A DNA stretch of 55,360 nt, taken from assembly GCA_014800515.1 (NCBI GenBank), contig JAAVFY010000007.1, positions 48,174 through 103,533 of the forward strand. The letters are read 5' to 3'. Shown here in pieces: positions 19,240 to 29,900 of this stretch. Both the position numbers and the translations under genes were made by a program. The DNA is from Bacteroidales bacterium. GTDB taxonomy: Bacteria > Bacteroidota > Bacteroidia > Bacteroidales > Muribaculaceae. Positions within the stretch are counted from its first letter, which is position 1. Each line of letters opens with the position of its first letter. The notes under the pieces were generated by a model. The model made no database searches. It was not told where the DNA came from and worked only from the letters and a program-made list of their open reading frames with translations.

Positions 19240-21231
19240 TCAGAACATCTCGTAGTCAATGGATGTGACCTGAAATTCCGTGCGACGGTTGATCTGGTCA
19301 GCGGCTTCCTGATCTTCGGGGGAGAGAGAGGAAACATATTCCTCATCGAGCACAGTACCCTCCGGAAATTGCGGGAACTCACGGTTGATGCGCTTGGTGA
19401 CCGTCTTGGGCCGGGTCTCTCCGTATCCCTTCCACGACAGACGCCCCGACGGGATACCCGAAGCCACGAGATAATCCACCACATTCTTCGCACGTCTTTC
19501 GGAAAGATTCTCATTATAAGCATCACTACCCCATCTGTCGGTATGGGAAGCCATCTCGACCGTGACGTTGGGATTGTCTAGCAATATCTGCGCCATCTCG
19601 TCAAGTGCAGTCTTGGATTCAGGACGAAGTGTGGCCTTGTCGAAATCATAAAATATATTCTCCACCACCTGCGGCTTGTTGATGGCTGCCAATACGAAGT
19701 CGATGCCATAGTCGGCATCCTCCTCGGCCGAGTCGCTCTCAAACTCCTGCTTCACGTTAAGATAACCTTTAGCCCCGGCAAGCATCACATAGCGCACGCC
19801 TCTCTGGAGGTTGAATCTGAAGGAGCCGTCATCGCGTGCCACCTCCTTCTGATTGGAGCCGTCATCGCCCACAATACGTATCACGGCGTTAGGCACCGGC
19901 TCATCATCCTTGTCGACCACATATCCGGATATGGTGATCTTCAGATCGGGAAGCTCGAAGGAGTAGATATGATCATAGCCGCGTCCGTCGCCACGGTTGG
20001 AGGAAAAGAAACCATTTTCGCCCGGACCGAAAGTGATTCCGAAATCATCGCCGGCACTATTCATCGGTAACCCCATATTGTCAACACTCCAACGCTGTCC
20101 GGACGCATCGCGGCGAGCTACAAAGAGGTCGAGACCTCCGAAACCGGGATGACCGTCGGAAGAGAAATAGAGTGTGGAGTCGTTGCGCATATAGGGAAAC
20201 ATCTCATCGCCCGGAGTATTTATCTGCGGGCCAAGATTCTCAAGCGTGCCTTTTCTTTCGTTGACAGCCATTCTCCAGATATCTTTTCCGCCGTAGCCAC
20301 CGGGCATATCGGATGTGAAATATAGATATTGGCCATCCGGACTCACGGCAGGATGACCGACAGCGGAAATAGTGTCGGATATGATCTCGAACTTCTGGGG
20401 CGCACTCCAGGAGGCGTCGCTTCGGCGTGAGGTGTAGATCTCGACGGAGGTGTCGGAGGCGGGCGAACGTCGCGCGAGGGTCAGATACATCGTCGTGCCG
20501 TCAGGCGAGAAGGAGACTACCCCCTCGTCAAGCTCCGTATTGAGTTCTCCCTCCACAGGCTCAGGACGTTGCCATTCCCCCTTTTCATCTTTTTTGGAAA
20601 ACCATACGTCGCCTTTCTTCATACCGGTGATTTCCGACTTGTTCTCACCGGTCACCTTTTCATTGGTCGATGTGAAATAAAGTATGTCGTAATTCTTGTC
20701 GAAATACATGGGTGAGAAATCCGCACGTCGAGAGTTGAAGAGTTTCGCATTCTTCACTACGTAACGACTCTTCTTCTCATCCTTGGAGGCGATAGCGAGG
20801 CGACAGCCTCTGATTCCCTCCATGGCAAGACGGTCGTCGGGCCGCCACTCCATAAAGGTGGTGTAGGCATCGATCGCCTGTTTATACTTTCCGTCGGCCT
20901 GATAACTTCTTCCAAGCCAATAGTAAGCCATGGAATCAGGATACTGATAACGTATGGCATTCTGATAAGCCGGTGCAGCGCGCGAGGCCATATTAAGGCG
21001 ACGATAGCAGGTGGCAAGCTTATAGGCCACCTCTCCCCGCAGCGGACGCTCGGAGGGCTTCGTGAGACGATTATAGATCTTCCGATATGACTTGGAAGCC
21101 TCGAAAAACTCCCCGCGTTCCAACTGTGCGTCGGCATCAGACAGTTTGGTGGTCTTACACGCACAAAGAGTCATGACGAGAATCGCCACAACTGTCGTCA
21201 TAAGTATATATCCGGCTCGGCTTACTTTCAT
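19240..21231 (-). CDS. porE: PorE-like OmpA-family lipoprotein (TPR, PD40 propeller, carboxypeptidase-regulatory-like, OmpA_C)
   Basis: Lipobox-like LCAC, TPRs, PD40 repeats (SPDG, YFSSDG), NIFYDFDKATLR, SHTD, YNENLSERRA, NRRTEF. Confidence 0.8.
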   Translation of the reverse strand: MKVSRAGYILMTTVVAILVMTLCACKTTKLSDADAQLERGEFFEASKSYRKIYNRLTKPSERPLRGEVAYKLATCYRRLNMASRAAPAYQNAIRYQYPDSMAYYWLGRSYQADGKYKQAIDAYTTFMEWRPDDRLAMEGIRGCRLAIASKDEKKSRYVVKNAKLFNSRRADFSPMYFDKNYDILYFTSTNEKVTGENKSEITGMKKGDVWFSKKDEKGEWQRPEPVEGELNTELDEGVVSFSPDGTTMYLTLARRSPASDTSVEIYTSRRSDASWSAPQKFEIISDTISAVGHPAVSPDGQYLYFTSDMPGGYGGKDIWRMAVNERKGTLENLGPQINTPGDEMFPYMRNDSTLYFSSDGHPGFGGLDLFVARRDASGQRWSVDNMGLPMNSAGDDFGITFGPGENGFFSSNRGDGRGYDHIYSFELPDLKITISGYVVDKDDEPVPNAVIRIVGDDGSNQKEVARDDGSFRFNLQRGVRYVMLAGAKGYLNVKQEFESDSAEEDADYGIDFVLAAINKPQVVENIFYDFDKATLRPESKTALDEMAQILLDNPNVTVEMASHTDRWGSDAYNENLSERRAKNVVDYLVASGIPSGRLSWKGYGETRPKTVTKRINREFPQFPEGTVLDEEYVSSLSPEDQEAADQINRRTEFQVTSIDYEMF

Positions 21232-21438
21232 TGCATCATTTTTATTTCCATAAGTTATGACCGTTGCCCTCTTAAGTGGTCATACCATACGGCACCTATC
21301 ACAGGCCACTGGGCTGTCACTTGAAAAACGGAGCGGTCTCCGTCCTTATTGTTTGAGGCGTCCAAGACCTAATCACACAAAAAAATGTTAAGATAGACTC
21401 AAAATAGTTAAGTCATTGCTTGCGCGGCATTACGGAGG

Positions 21439-21470
21439 GTTGCATATAACAGTATTTTTCTTTATTTTTG
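21439..21470 (+). promoter_or_regulatory. Promoter of the PNGase F-S8 unit
   Basis: GTTG (21439-21442), 20-nt spacer, TATTTTTG (21463-21470). Confidence 0.65.
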
Positions 21471-21489
21471 CACTAAAATAACCGACATC

Positions 21490-22896
21490 ATGATGAAATC
21501 CATACTTATAGCTGCGGCCGTCACTGCCTTTTCGGCAGCCGGCATAGCGGCAGCCGACACAGAGACTTCGACTGACAATCTTTCTGTAAGAATCCCCATC
21601 CTCGATAGGGCTGTATTCTATGACGGCTATCAGTCTGAGGTGTACGATGCCGATAAAGAAGACGGCATTCTTCGTCATTCCAACTCGCTTTATGCAGTCA
21701 GGCTTACCGACGAGCAGCTTGACATGATTGGCTCTCAGGTAGGACTTGAAGTGACGATAGGCGCACTGTGCGATGATTTTGACCGTATAGGAGCCACCAA
21801 TATCGCCTTGGTGCCGAAGGGAAGCAAAGACTACAAATTTGCAGATGTGGAGCGCATAGAGATAGCCCGCTTCATAACTCCGTTCATGAATAAGAACCGT
21901 ATGCCCAACGAGGTGCCCTTCAATTATGTATTGCCCGACCTCGAACTCGTGCTGCGTGACAAAGCTCTCCGGGAGAAATATGACTTCTGGTTTGAGTTTG
22001 ACATATTCGGCGTGCCTTACGATGCGAATAAGAATATAACAGGTTGCCGCGGACGTAACGATGTGTTCGAAGGCTCGGCAACGTTAGTGACCACTCCGCA
22101 GAAGGAAGGTTCATCTGACGGCCATATCCTCATTCCTGTATATACTCGCCGACAGGAACAGCACGGCAATGTCAATTTCAATAATTACAAGGAGAACGCC
22201 ACCGACACAATCGGTGTGACTACCCGCACCTTTGAGATCAATCTTCCGAAAGATGTGGAGGATTCAAAAGTGACTTTCATCCTTACAAACCACGGGGCCG
22301 CAAAGGGTGGGGAGGAATATATACGTCGTCTCCATCTCGTGTATTTCGACGGCGACGTAAAGATGGCCTATACTCCCGGCGGTGTGAGTTGCGAACCCTA
22401 CAGGCAATACAACACTATGCCCAACTCGATCTATCAGACCACGGCGCAACCCGAAGAATATTGGGAAACGATCTCAAACTGGTGTCCCGGTCAGGCTGTA
22501 CCGGTGCGTGAGATTCATACCGGCGCACTTAAAGCCGGTATCCATAAATTCATGATTCGTGTGCCTGATGCGGAATTTGTGGGAGAAGACGGCGACTTCC
22601 GTCCTTCAATCTATTTCCAGGGTCTTGAAAACGGACTCCTTGCTGCCGGGGTCACCGATATTGTGGCCGAAGAAAAGGCAGATATCTCATTCTCGCTTGA
22701 CGACAGGACTCTGCGCATCGACGGGGCCGACATTGTGGCCTCACTGGCTGTATATACCCCCGACGGACAGCTCGTATATGGTAAAAACTATCCGGGACAC
22801 TCCCTTATTCTCCCCGATTTAGGCTCAGGTATGCACATATTTGTGGCCTCTACCCCCGAGGGTCGGACGACCTTCGATAAGATTATCCTGCATTAA
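21490..22896 (+). CDS. Peptide-N-glycosidase F family protein with T9SS-type tail
   Basis: Signal peptide; CDDFDRIG, IEIARFITPF, NHGA..GGEEY, SNWCPG motifs of the PNGase F family. Confidence 0.8.
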   Translation: MMKSILIAAAVTAFSAAGIAAADTETSTDNLSVRIPILDRAVFYDGYQSEVYDADKEDGILRHSNSLYAVRLTDEQLDMIGSQVGLEVTIGALCDDFDRIGATNIALVPKGSKDYKFADVERIEIARFITPFMNKNRMPNEVPFNYVLPDLELVLRDKALREKYDFWFEFDIFGVPYDANKNITGCRGRNDVFEGSATLVTTPQKEGSSDGHILIPVYTRRQEQHGNVNFNNYKENATDTIGVTTRTFEINLPKDVEDSKVTFILTNHGAAKGGEEYIRRLHLVYFDGDVKMAYTPGGVSCEPYRQYNTMPNSIYQTTAQPEEYWETISNWCPGQAVPVREIHTGALKAGIHKFMIRVPDAEFVGEDGDFRPSIYFQGLENGLLAAGVTDIVAEEKADISFSLDDRTLRIDGADIVASLAVYTPDGQLVYGKNYPGHSLILPDLGSGMHIFVASTPEGRTTFDKIILH

Positions 22897-25082
22897 TGAG
22901 AAGATTTTCTTTCCGTTCTGTCGCCTCTTCGTTGATTCTGTTTCTGTCATCCGGAATGATGACAGGCGGACTGTCATCTCTTTATGCCGCTGTCCCTGAA
23001 AAGTATCATCCCGGAGGGGATGAATATGAAGCGGAGGATGACGCTCCTTATCTCCCTTCTATTGTAGTGATAGAATCTGACGAAGCGATAGCCGACCTTG
23101 TGAAGAAGGGGGCGATCCTTCTGAGGGAGCGGAAAAATCTCGCCCTTATGTATCTTCCGCAGTCGCTGGCATACGAACAGGAGGCTAAGAAGAAGAGTCC
23201 CGGAAAGTCAGGTTCTGCCCGGTCGCCGCGTCTCGGCAAAGGACGTCGCGTCACTCCGGCTATGGATGTGGCACGCAACTGCTTCGGGGCTTCCGACATA
23301 CTTTCGGGCACGGATCTACCCTCCTCCTTCTCCGGCAAGGGAGTCGTGGTGGGTATATGCGACATCGGATTCGATCCTTCTCATTCCAACTTCAAAGATC
23401 CCGTCACAGGGGAGAACAGAATCAAGAGAATCACTCAATATAAGGAGGCTCAGGGTCAGCGAATAGTACTGGAGACACCGGAGGAGTATAGCAAATGGGT
23501 CACTGACACTACCGACCATTATCATGCCACTCATGTGGCGGGGATTCTGGCCGGCTCCGACAATTCTTCCGGCTATGCCGGAGTTGCGTCGGGGGCGGAC
23601 ATCGTGGTGAGTGTGTCCCAGCTCTCTGACGTAGGTTTGCTTGCAGGGGTGGAGGATATTATCGAATACGCACATTCCGTAGGCAAACCTGCTGTTGTCA
23701 ATCTCTCGATGGGAAACTATACGGGGCCTCATGACGGCACATCGCTCTTTTCTCAATATCTCGACATGTTGGGGACAGAAGCCGTGATTTGCCTGTCTTC
23801 CGGCAATGCCGGAGGGCAGACCAACTCCGCCTCCTTCACCTTCACCGACGATCAATCCTCCTTCGGTCAACGCTTTCATAATTATCAATGGAATCAGTTT
23901 GATATTGAAGGTATGACTGATGTGTGGGCTTCTGATTCAAAGGTCGTCACGCTCACACCGATGGTGTTCGACGAGACTACTCGCGAGACTGTCTATCGCT
24001 TTCCGTCCATGCGCCTCACAGAGGGAGAGATACGGGGCTACTATACCGATGACGATCCGATCGAAGGACTCGAACCGGCGGATACAGACTTCCGGAAATA
24101 TTTCTCAGGCTGGTTTGCAGCCTGCGGAGAGGTGAATGCCGACAACAGACGATATAATATTGCTATCCAATATGATTTGCATACCGAGCAGCAGAGTGCC
24201 GAAGGGGCGTGGGCACGCTACAATATCGCGATTCTTCTTGAAGGGGAACCGGGCAGCAGAGTGGACGTTTTCTCTGATGGAGTGACCACTCGACTGAGAG
24301 AGATGCCCGGAAGTCCGGCCGCCAACTCCTCCCTCTCGGTGAGCGATCTTGCCACAGGCCACAATGTGATATGCGTGGGGATGTACAACAGCCGCACCAC
24401 CTGGCCTACACTTGCAGGAGGTCTGAATTCCAGTAATATGGAGACAGGTATCGTCAATCCTCACTCAAGCTACGGCACTCTTCTTGACGGAAGAGTTCTT
24501 CCTCATACCGTGGCTCCGGGCAATCCGATAGTTTCGTCATTCTCAGGCCCATATCTTGAGGCTCATCCGGATGAGAGGAACAACTGCGCCGCTGTCAATA
24601 CCTTTGACGGAAAATCTTATTATTGGTTAGCGGAGGGAGGAACTTCAATGTCGAGTCCTTATGTGGCGGGGTTCATAGCTACCTTCCTTGAGGCTGACCT
24701 CACTCTCGATGTGCAGCAGATAAAAAATATGATTCTCACAGCCAATCGCCATGATATGCGTGACCCTGAGAATCCGCGCCATGGCAACGGGTGGTTTGAT
24801 CCGCGTGCCGTTATGTCACAGGTGCTCTCCAACACCGGCGTAGCGGGTAATTCCGAGTCTTCTGTCCGGGCTTACATAGAAGGCCGGACTCTACACATAA
24901 TAAACCCTGACGAGGCTCCCGTCGCTCTTACAATCTGCGATATCAACGGACGCCTGCTCCACTCTGCATCTGCTTCAGCCTCTGAGATTCTTACACCTAT
25001 CGACAGCTGGCAGACGGGCATAATGATCATACGCATCGACTCTCCGCAATCTGCCCCGATAGTTCTCAAGACGGCGGCATGA
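22896..25082 (+). CDS. S8 subtilisin-like serine protease with T9SS-type tail
   Basis: Triad GICDIGFD / HATHVAGI / GTSMSSP; SSGN oxyanion motif; TAATG overlap with the upstream gene. Confidence 0.92.
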   Translation: MRRFSFRSVASSLILFLSSGMMTGGLSSLYAAVPEKYHPGGDEYEAEDDAPYLPSIVVIESDEAIADLVKKGAILLRERKNLALMYLPQSLAYEQEAKKKSPGKSGSARSPRLGKGRRVTPAMDVARNCFGASDILSGTDLPSSFSGKGVVVGICDIGFDPSHSNFKDPVTGENRIKRITQYKEAQGQRIVLETPEEYSKWVTDTTDHYHATHVAGILAGSDNSSGYAGVASGADIVVSVSQLSDVGLLAGVEDIIEYAHSVGKPAVVNLSMGNYTGPHDGTSLFSQYLDMLGTEAVICLSSGNAGGQTNSASFTFTDDQSSFGQRFHNYQWNQFDIEGMTDVWASDSKVVTLTPMVFDETTRETVYRFPSMRLTEGEIRGYYTDDDPIEGLEPADTDFRKYFSGWFAACGEVNADNRRYNIAIQYDLHTEQQSAEGAWARYNIAILLEGEPGSRVDVFSDGVTTRLREMPGSPAANSSLSVSDLATGHNVICVGMYNSRTTWPTLAGGLNSSNMETGIVNPHSSYGTLLDGRVLPHTVAPGNPIVSSFSGPYLEAHPDERNNCAAVNTFDGKSYYWLAEGGTSMSSPYVAGFIATFLEADLTLDVQQIKNMILTANRHDMRDPENPRHGNGWFDPRAVMSQVLSNTGVAGNSESSVRAYIEGRTLHIINPDEAPVALTICDINGRLLHSASASASEILTPIDSWQTGIMIIRIDSPQSAPIVLKTAA

Positions 25083-25115
25083 AGTCACTTCCCAATTGTC
25101 TTATATTTTTATCTT

Positions 25116-25176
25116 TAAGTAGCTAAGAAAAAAAGCTACTGAGTTATTATATCGTTTAATTTTTCTTAGCTACTTA
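25116..25176 (+). mobile_element. Internally deleted copy of the TAAGTAGCT MITE-like element
   Basis: Left 17 bp and right ~45 bp match the ends of 54896-55091; 135 bp of interior absent. Confidence 0.85.
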
Positions 25177-25178
25177 TA

Positions 25179-26657
25179 ATGCGAATCTTATTATCTTTGC
25201 TTCTTGCTATTGCCGCGTCTCTTTCTCCGGTCAGAAGCTATGCGGAATCTGACTTCACTCTTGAAGAAATTCTTGAGTTAGGTCTGCCGGTAGTCATCAT
25301 CAACACTATTGACAACGAAGAACCCACAGCCGAGTATGTGACTCATCCGGAAGGCGCAATGGGGGAAGGGATCACGAATGCCACAAAGGTGCCGGGGAAA
25401 GTGGTAGTTCTCTCTCCTGACAGTGTAGTCATCTTCGATTCCGGAGAGTATGAGAAGAAAGAGAGCGGTATGACAGTGAAGATACGCGGTAACACCAGTG
25501 CCTACACTGAGAAGAAACCATATAAGATCAAGCTACAGAAAAAAGGAGACATGCTGGCACGCGGCGACAAGAAATTTAATGACAAGAATTGGGTGCTGAT
25601 CAAAAGTCATCGTCTCAAGAATTGGATAGGCAACCGTATAGGTGAATTTCTTGAACATCCGTGGGTGCCCGCCGGTATGTTTGTCAATGTGATCTTCAAC
25701 GACGATTACCGCGGACTCTATATTCTTCAGGAGAGCATAGAGCGCAACGAAAAATGCCGTATCAATGTGGCGGAAGACGGATTTGTGATGGAGCATGATC
25801 CGTACTGGTGGAATGAAGACGGGGCGTATCTTGAATCAGCCCAGCACCCGCGCTATAACTTCACGTTCAAATATCCTGACTACGAAGATGCCGATACCGA
25901 ACATCTTGCATCAATTCATGATATATTAAAATTATATGACGCTTCGATTGAGGACGGCACATATCCTGACGTCATAGATGTTGATTCCTTTGCTAACTGG
26001 GTATTGGGACAGGATATTCTCGGCACCGGTGATGGCGGCGGTGTCAACTGGTATATCATCAAAAACAGTCTTTCAGACGATTCTCTGCTACAGTGCGGAC
26101 CAATGTGGGATTTTGACAGTTCGGAACAGAAGACAGATGAATTCAGCCGTATCCATGAAGGACGCTTTGGAAAATTCTTCAATAATTCCAATCAGGCTTT
26201 TACCCGGGCTTATGTGAAGCGTTGGGATGATATCAAGGAGGCGGTGATTCAGAAAACTGATTCTCTTATCAAGGATCTTAAAGACCCGAAATGGCGAGCT
26301 TACGACAAGTCTGTAAGCTATGACAATAAACGTTGGAAAAGTTATGAGCCTTCTTCTCTGGCTGTCTTCAATCGTGTCAAGAAGTTTTATGACGACCGAT
26401 TTGTCTGGCTTGAAAACAATATTAATCTACTCAGGGGAATAGAGACGAATGTTGAAGAGGTAACTACCGCTGAGAGTTTCTATAAATTCGATGGTGATCT
26501 CTTGATCTCCTCTTCTGATATTGACTTCATCTCTGTCACCGGTATCGACGGAAGCACTTTTTTCTGCGGGTCTTTACCCTCCGATGAAGCCTTGCGCCTA
26601 CCCTCCGGTTTCTGGATCGTCAGAACCGAAGGTCACTCACAGAAAATAATACTTTGA
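25179..26657 (+). CDS. CotH-family kinase with T9SS-type tail
   Basis: KIRGNTS, KKPYKIKL, YRGLYILQE, GPMWDFD; signal peptide; tail LPSGFWIVRTEGHSQKIIL. Confidence 0.88.
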   Translation: MRILLSLLLAIAASLSPVRSYAESDFTLEEILELGLPVVIINTIDNEEPTAEYVTHPEGAMGEGITNATKVPGKVVVLSPDSVVIFDSGEYEKKESGMTVKIRGNTSAYTEKKPYKIKLQKKGDMLARGDKKFNDKNWVLIKSHRLKNWIGNRIGEFLEHPWVPAGMFVNVIFNDDYRGLYILQESIERNEKCRINVAEDGFVMEHDPYWWNEDGAYLESAQHPRYNFTFKYPDYEDADTEHLASIHDILKLYDASIEDGTYPDVIDVDSFANWVLGQDILGTGDGGGVNWYIIKNSLSDDSLLQCGPMWDFDSSEQKTDEFSRIHEGRFGKFFNNSNQAFTRAYVKRWDDIKEAVIQKTDSLIKDLKDPKWRAYDKSVSYDNKRWKSYEPSSLAVFNRVKKFYDDRFVWLENNINLLRGIETNVEEVTTAESFYKFDGDLLISSSDIDFISVTGIDGSTFFCGSLPSDEALRLPSGFWIVRTEGHSQKIIL

Positions 26658-26709
26658 GAACCCGATTGGCTTTCGGGCCGTTTCAGCTTCGGAATTATGA
26701 GCCGGCATT

Positions 26710-26822
26710 CGGACATGGCGTGCTATGTCTGAATTGGAATGCCGCTACGGCGACATAAGAACTCGGATTTTATGCCCCCTCCGGCGGCATTTTTCATGAG
26801 CAGATATGGCACGCCATGTCCG
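26710..26822. repeat. Inverted pair of REP-like palindromes (REPIN-like)
   Basis: CGGACATGGCGTGCTATGTCTG (26710-26731) and CAGATATGGCACGCCATGTCCG (26801-26822); each folds alone and they are mutual reverse complements with 2 G-U-compatible differences. Confidence 0.65.
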
Positions 26823-26854
26823 TGCAAGGAAGGAGGAATTTTGTGAAAAAATAG

Positions 26855-26911
26855 TAAAAATAAAGAAGAGGTCGAATCCTTTACTTGGATTCGACCTCTT
26901 CTTTATTTTTA
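26855..26911. terminator. Bidirectional intrinsic terminator between CotH and secA
   Basis: 25-bp perfect inverted repeat TAAAAATAAAGAAGAGGTCGAATCC / GGATTCGACCTCTTCTTTATTTTTA. Confidence 0.88.
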
Positions 26912-26976
26912 GTTTTGAGGATACCTGAATCAATTTTCTTTATTTCGAGATATGCGGGTCAAGGTGTCCGAAAGTA

Positions 26977-29900
26977 TCATTCAGTCTTGCCGTGGCAGTT
27001 CTTATACTTTTTGCCGCTGCCGCAGGGGCAAAGGTCATTACGCCCGATCCGGGGCCCAGCCTGCGTGGGCTGACTTGTCTGTTCATCTCTATTGGTAGTT
27101 GCCTGCGCGGCTGCCTGACGCTGAGCTGATTCTCCGGGATAGGTGTCGCGGGTAGTACTATAGCTGGCATACGGACTTGCTACACTTACAGAGTTTTCCA
27201 GCCCTGCATTGCGTTCGCGCTGCTTGCGGAAGTTCTCCTGCTGCTGACGGAAACGCTCCTGCTGACGGCGATATATCTCCTCAGGATCAACATTCTCCGG
27301 CTGACGGCTTGCCGCCTGACGAGCTTTCTCCTCCTCAGCGAGTTTCTTGGCCTCCTCATAGTCGGGCACAGCAAGTTTGCCACGCATAAGAGTGGCAACG
27401 GCTTTTGAATTCATATCCCAAAGCATCTTCTTCCAAAGCTCGAAGGCTTCCAGCTTATAGATTACGAGCGGGTCTTTCTGCTCATAGCTTGCATTCTGCA
27501 CGGATTTACGGAGCTCATCCATCTCACGCAGCTGTTCCTGCCAGGCAGTGTCGATACTTGAGAGAAGCACAGCCTTTTCCCAAGCTTTTGTGAGAGGAGC
27601 GCATTCATTATCGTAAGCCTCCTGAATATCGCAACGGATATTGAAGATGCGACGACCGTCAGTGACAGGTACGCCGATGGGGCCTTTGGCTCCTCTTTCC
27701 TCTACAAATTCCTTTATATAGGGCATTGCACCGGCAGCCATCTTCTCCTTCTTGCGGACAAATGTGGCCATAGCCTCTTCTGCAAGCGATTCAGTCAGGG
27801 CATTACCATCAAGTTTCGCATATTCCTCCTCGGTGAAAGGCACTTCGATTGCAAGAGACTTGCGCACCTCCTCATCAAATTCCTTGAATCCGCCTTCATA
27901 TTTACGACCGGCAATTTCCTGAGCCACATCGTAGATCATATTGGCGATATCCGTGCCGATTCTCTCTCCCTTGAGAGCGTTTTGGCGACGTCCGTAGACA
28001 CCTTTACGCTGGGCATTCATGACATCATCGTATTCCACAAGGCGTTTACGGATACCAAAGTTATTCTCTTCTACCCTCTTCTGGGCATTCTCGATAGACT
28101 TGGTGACCATCTTCGATTCAATCATATCGCCTTCCTCGAATCCGAGACGGTCGAGAGTCTTGATGATTCGCTCGTTGGCGAAGAGACGCATCACGGTATC
28201 TTCAAACGAAACGAAGAATACGGAGCTACCCGGGTCGCCCTGACGACCGGCACGGCCTCGGAGCTGACGGTCGACACGTCGCGACTCATGACGCTCGGTG
28301 CCGATAATGGCAAGTCCGCCGGCATCTTTCACCTCCTGCGGGAGCTTGATATCTGTGCCTCGACCGGCCATGTTGGTTGCAATGGTGACTGTGCCCGGCT
28401 TGCCTGCCTGCGCCACAATATCCGCCTCCTTCTGATGATATTTCGCATTGAGCACCTGATGAGGAATCTTGCGGAGCTTGAGCATCTTGCTGAGGAGTTC
28501 GGAAATCTCAACGGAAGTGGTGCCGACAAGAACCGGACGGCCGATCTTGACCATATCCTCCACTTCCTGAATCACTGCGGCATATTTCTCTTTCTTCGTG
28601 CGGTAAACACGGTCGTTCTGGTCGTTACGAAGCACCGGACGGTTGGTGGGAATCTCCACAACCTCGAGCTTATAAATATCGTAGAACTCTCCGGCCTCCG
28701 TCATTGCAGTACCGGTCATACCTGCAAGTTTACGGTACATGCGGAAATAATTCTGCAGCGTGATAGTGGCGTATGTCTGAGTGGCTGCCTCCACTTTCAC
28801 ACCCTCCTTTGCCTCGATGGCCTGATGCAGTCCGTCGGAGTAACGGCGACCTTCCATGATACGGCCCGTCTGCTCATCGACAATCTTAATCTTATTGTCG
28901 TCAATGACGTATTCCACATCGCGGTCAAAGAGTGTGTAAGCCTTGAGAAGCTGATTGACCGTATGCACGCGCTCGGCTTTTACGGAATAATTCTGGAGCA
29001 GATTATCCTTCTTCTCCTGACGTTCCTCAGCGGAGCCACCCTCGGAATCCACCTGCGAAAGCTGGGCTGCAATGTCCGGAAGAACGAAAAACTCCGGGTC
29101 TTCTGTCGTGCCGGTCAGCACCTCGATACCCTTGTCGGTGAGTTCTATAGAATGATTCTTCTCGTCGATTACGAAATAAAGAGGCTCGACAGCAATCGGC
29201 ATATCGCGGTTGTTGTCCTGCATGTAGCGACCCTCCACTTTGAGAAGGAGCTGCTTTATACCCTCCTCGCTAAGATAGCGGATAAGGGGATTGTGCTTGG
29301 GGAGAGCTTTGTAGACACGGAAGAGAGCCAAACCGCCGTCCTCAAGAAGCTGATCGGCTGTGAGAGGTTTCTTGCCATCGCCATTGTTCTTATCAAACTT
29401 GGCGATCTTCTCCGGATCTCCGCTCATGGCGGCCGAAATCTTTTCTTTAGCCTCAATCAGAAGACTCTGGGCGAGTTTGCGCTGAGCCTGCACCACCTTC
29501 TCGACATTAGGCTTGAAGTCATTGAAGAGCTGGTCGTCGCCCTTCGGCACCGGACCGGAAATGATAAGCGGCGTACGGGCATCGTCCACAAGCACGGAGT
29601 CAACCTCATCGACAATGGCGTAATAGTGTTCGTCACGCTGAACGAGGTCTTGCGTCTGAGTGGCCATATTGTCGCGCAGATAGTCGAAACCGAACTCATT
29701 GTTGGTGCCGAAAGTGATATCCGAGCGATAAGCGTTGCGACGTTCTTCGGAGTTGGGTTCGGTCTTGTCGATACATGCCACAGAAAGACCGTGGAATTGA
29801 TACAACGGACCCATCCACTCGGAGTCTCGTTTGGCAAGGTAGTCGTTGACAGTCACCACATGCACTCCCTCACCTGTGAGAGCGTTGAGGAATACGGGGA

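Noticed and set aside
19170-19526. N-terminal extension of hpt in the ORF track
   Set aside because: Overlaps the OmpA gene and lies upstream of a consensus promoter; HPT similarity starts at 19169.
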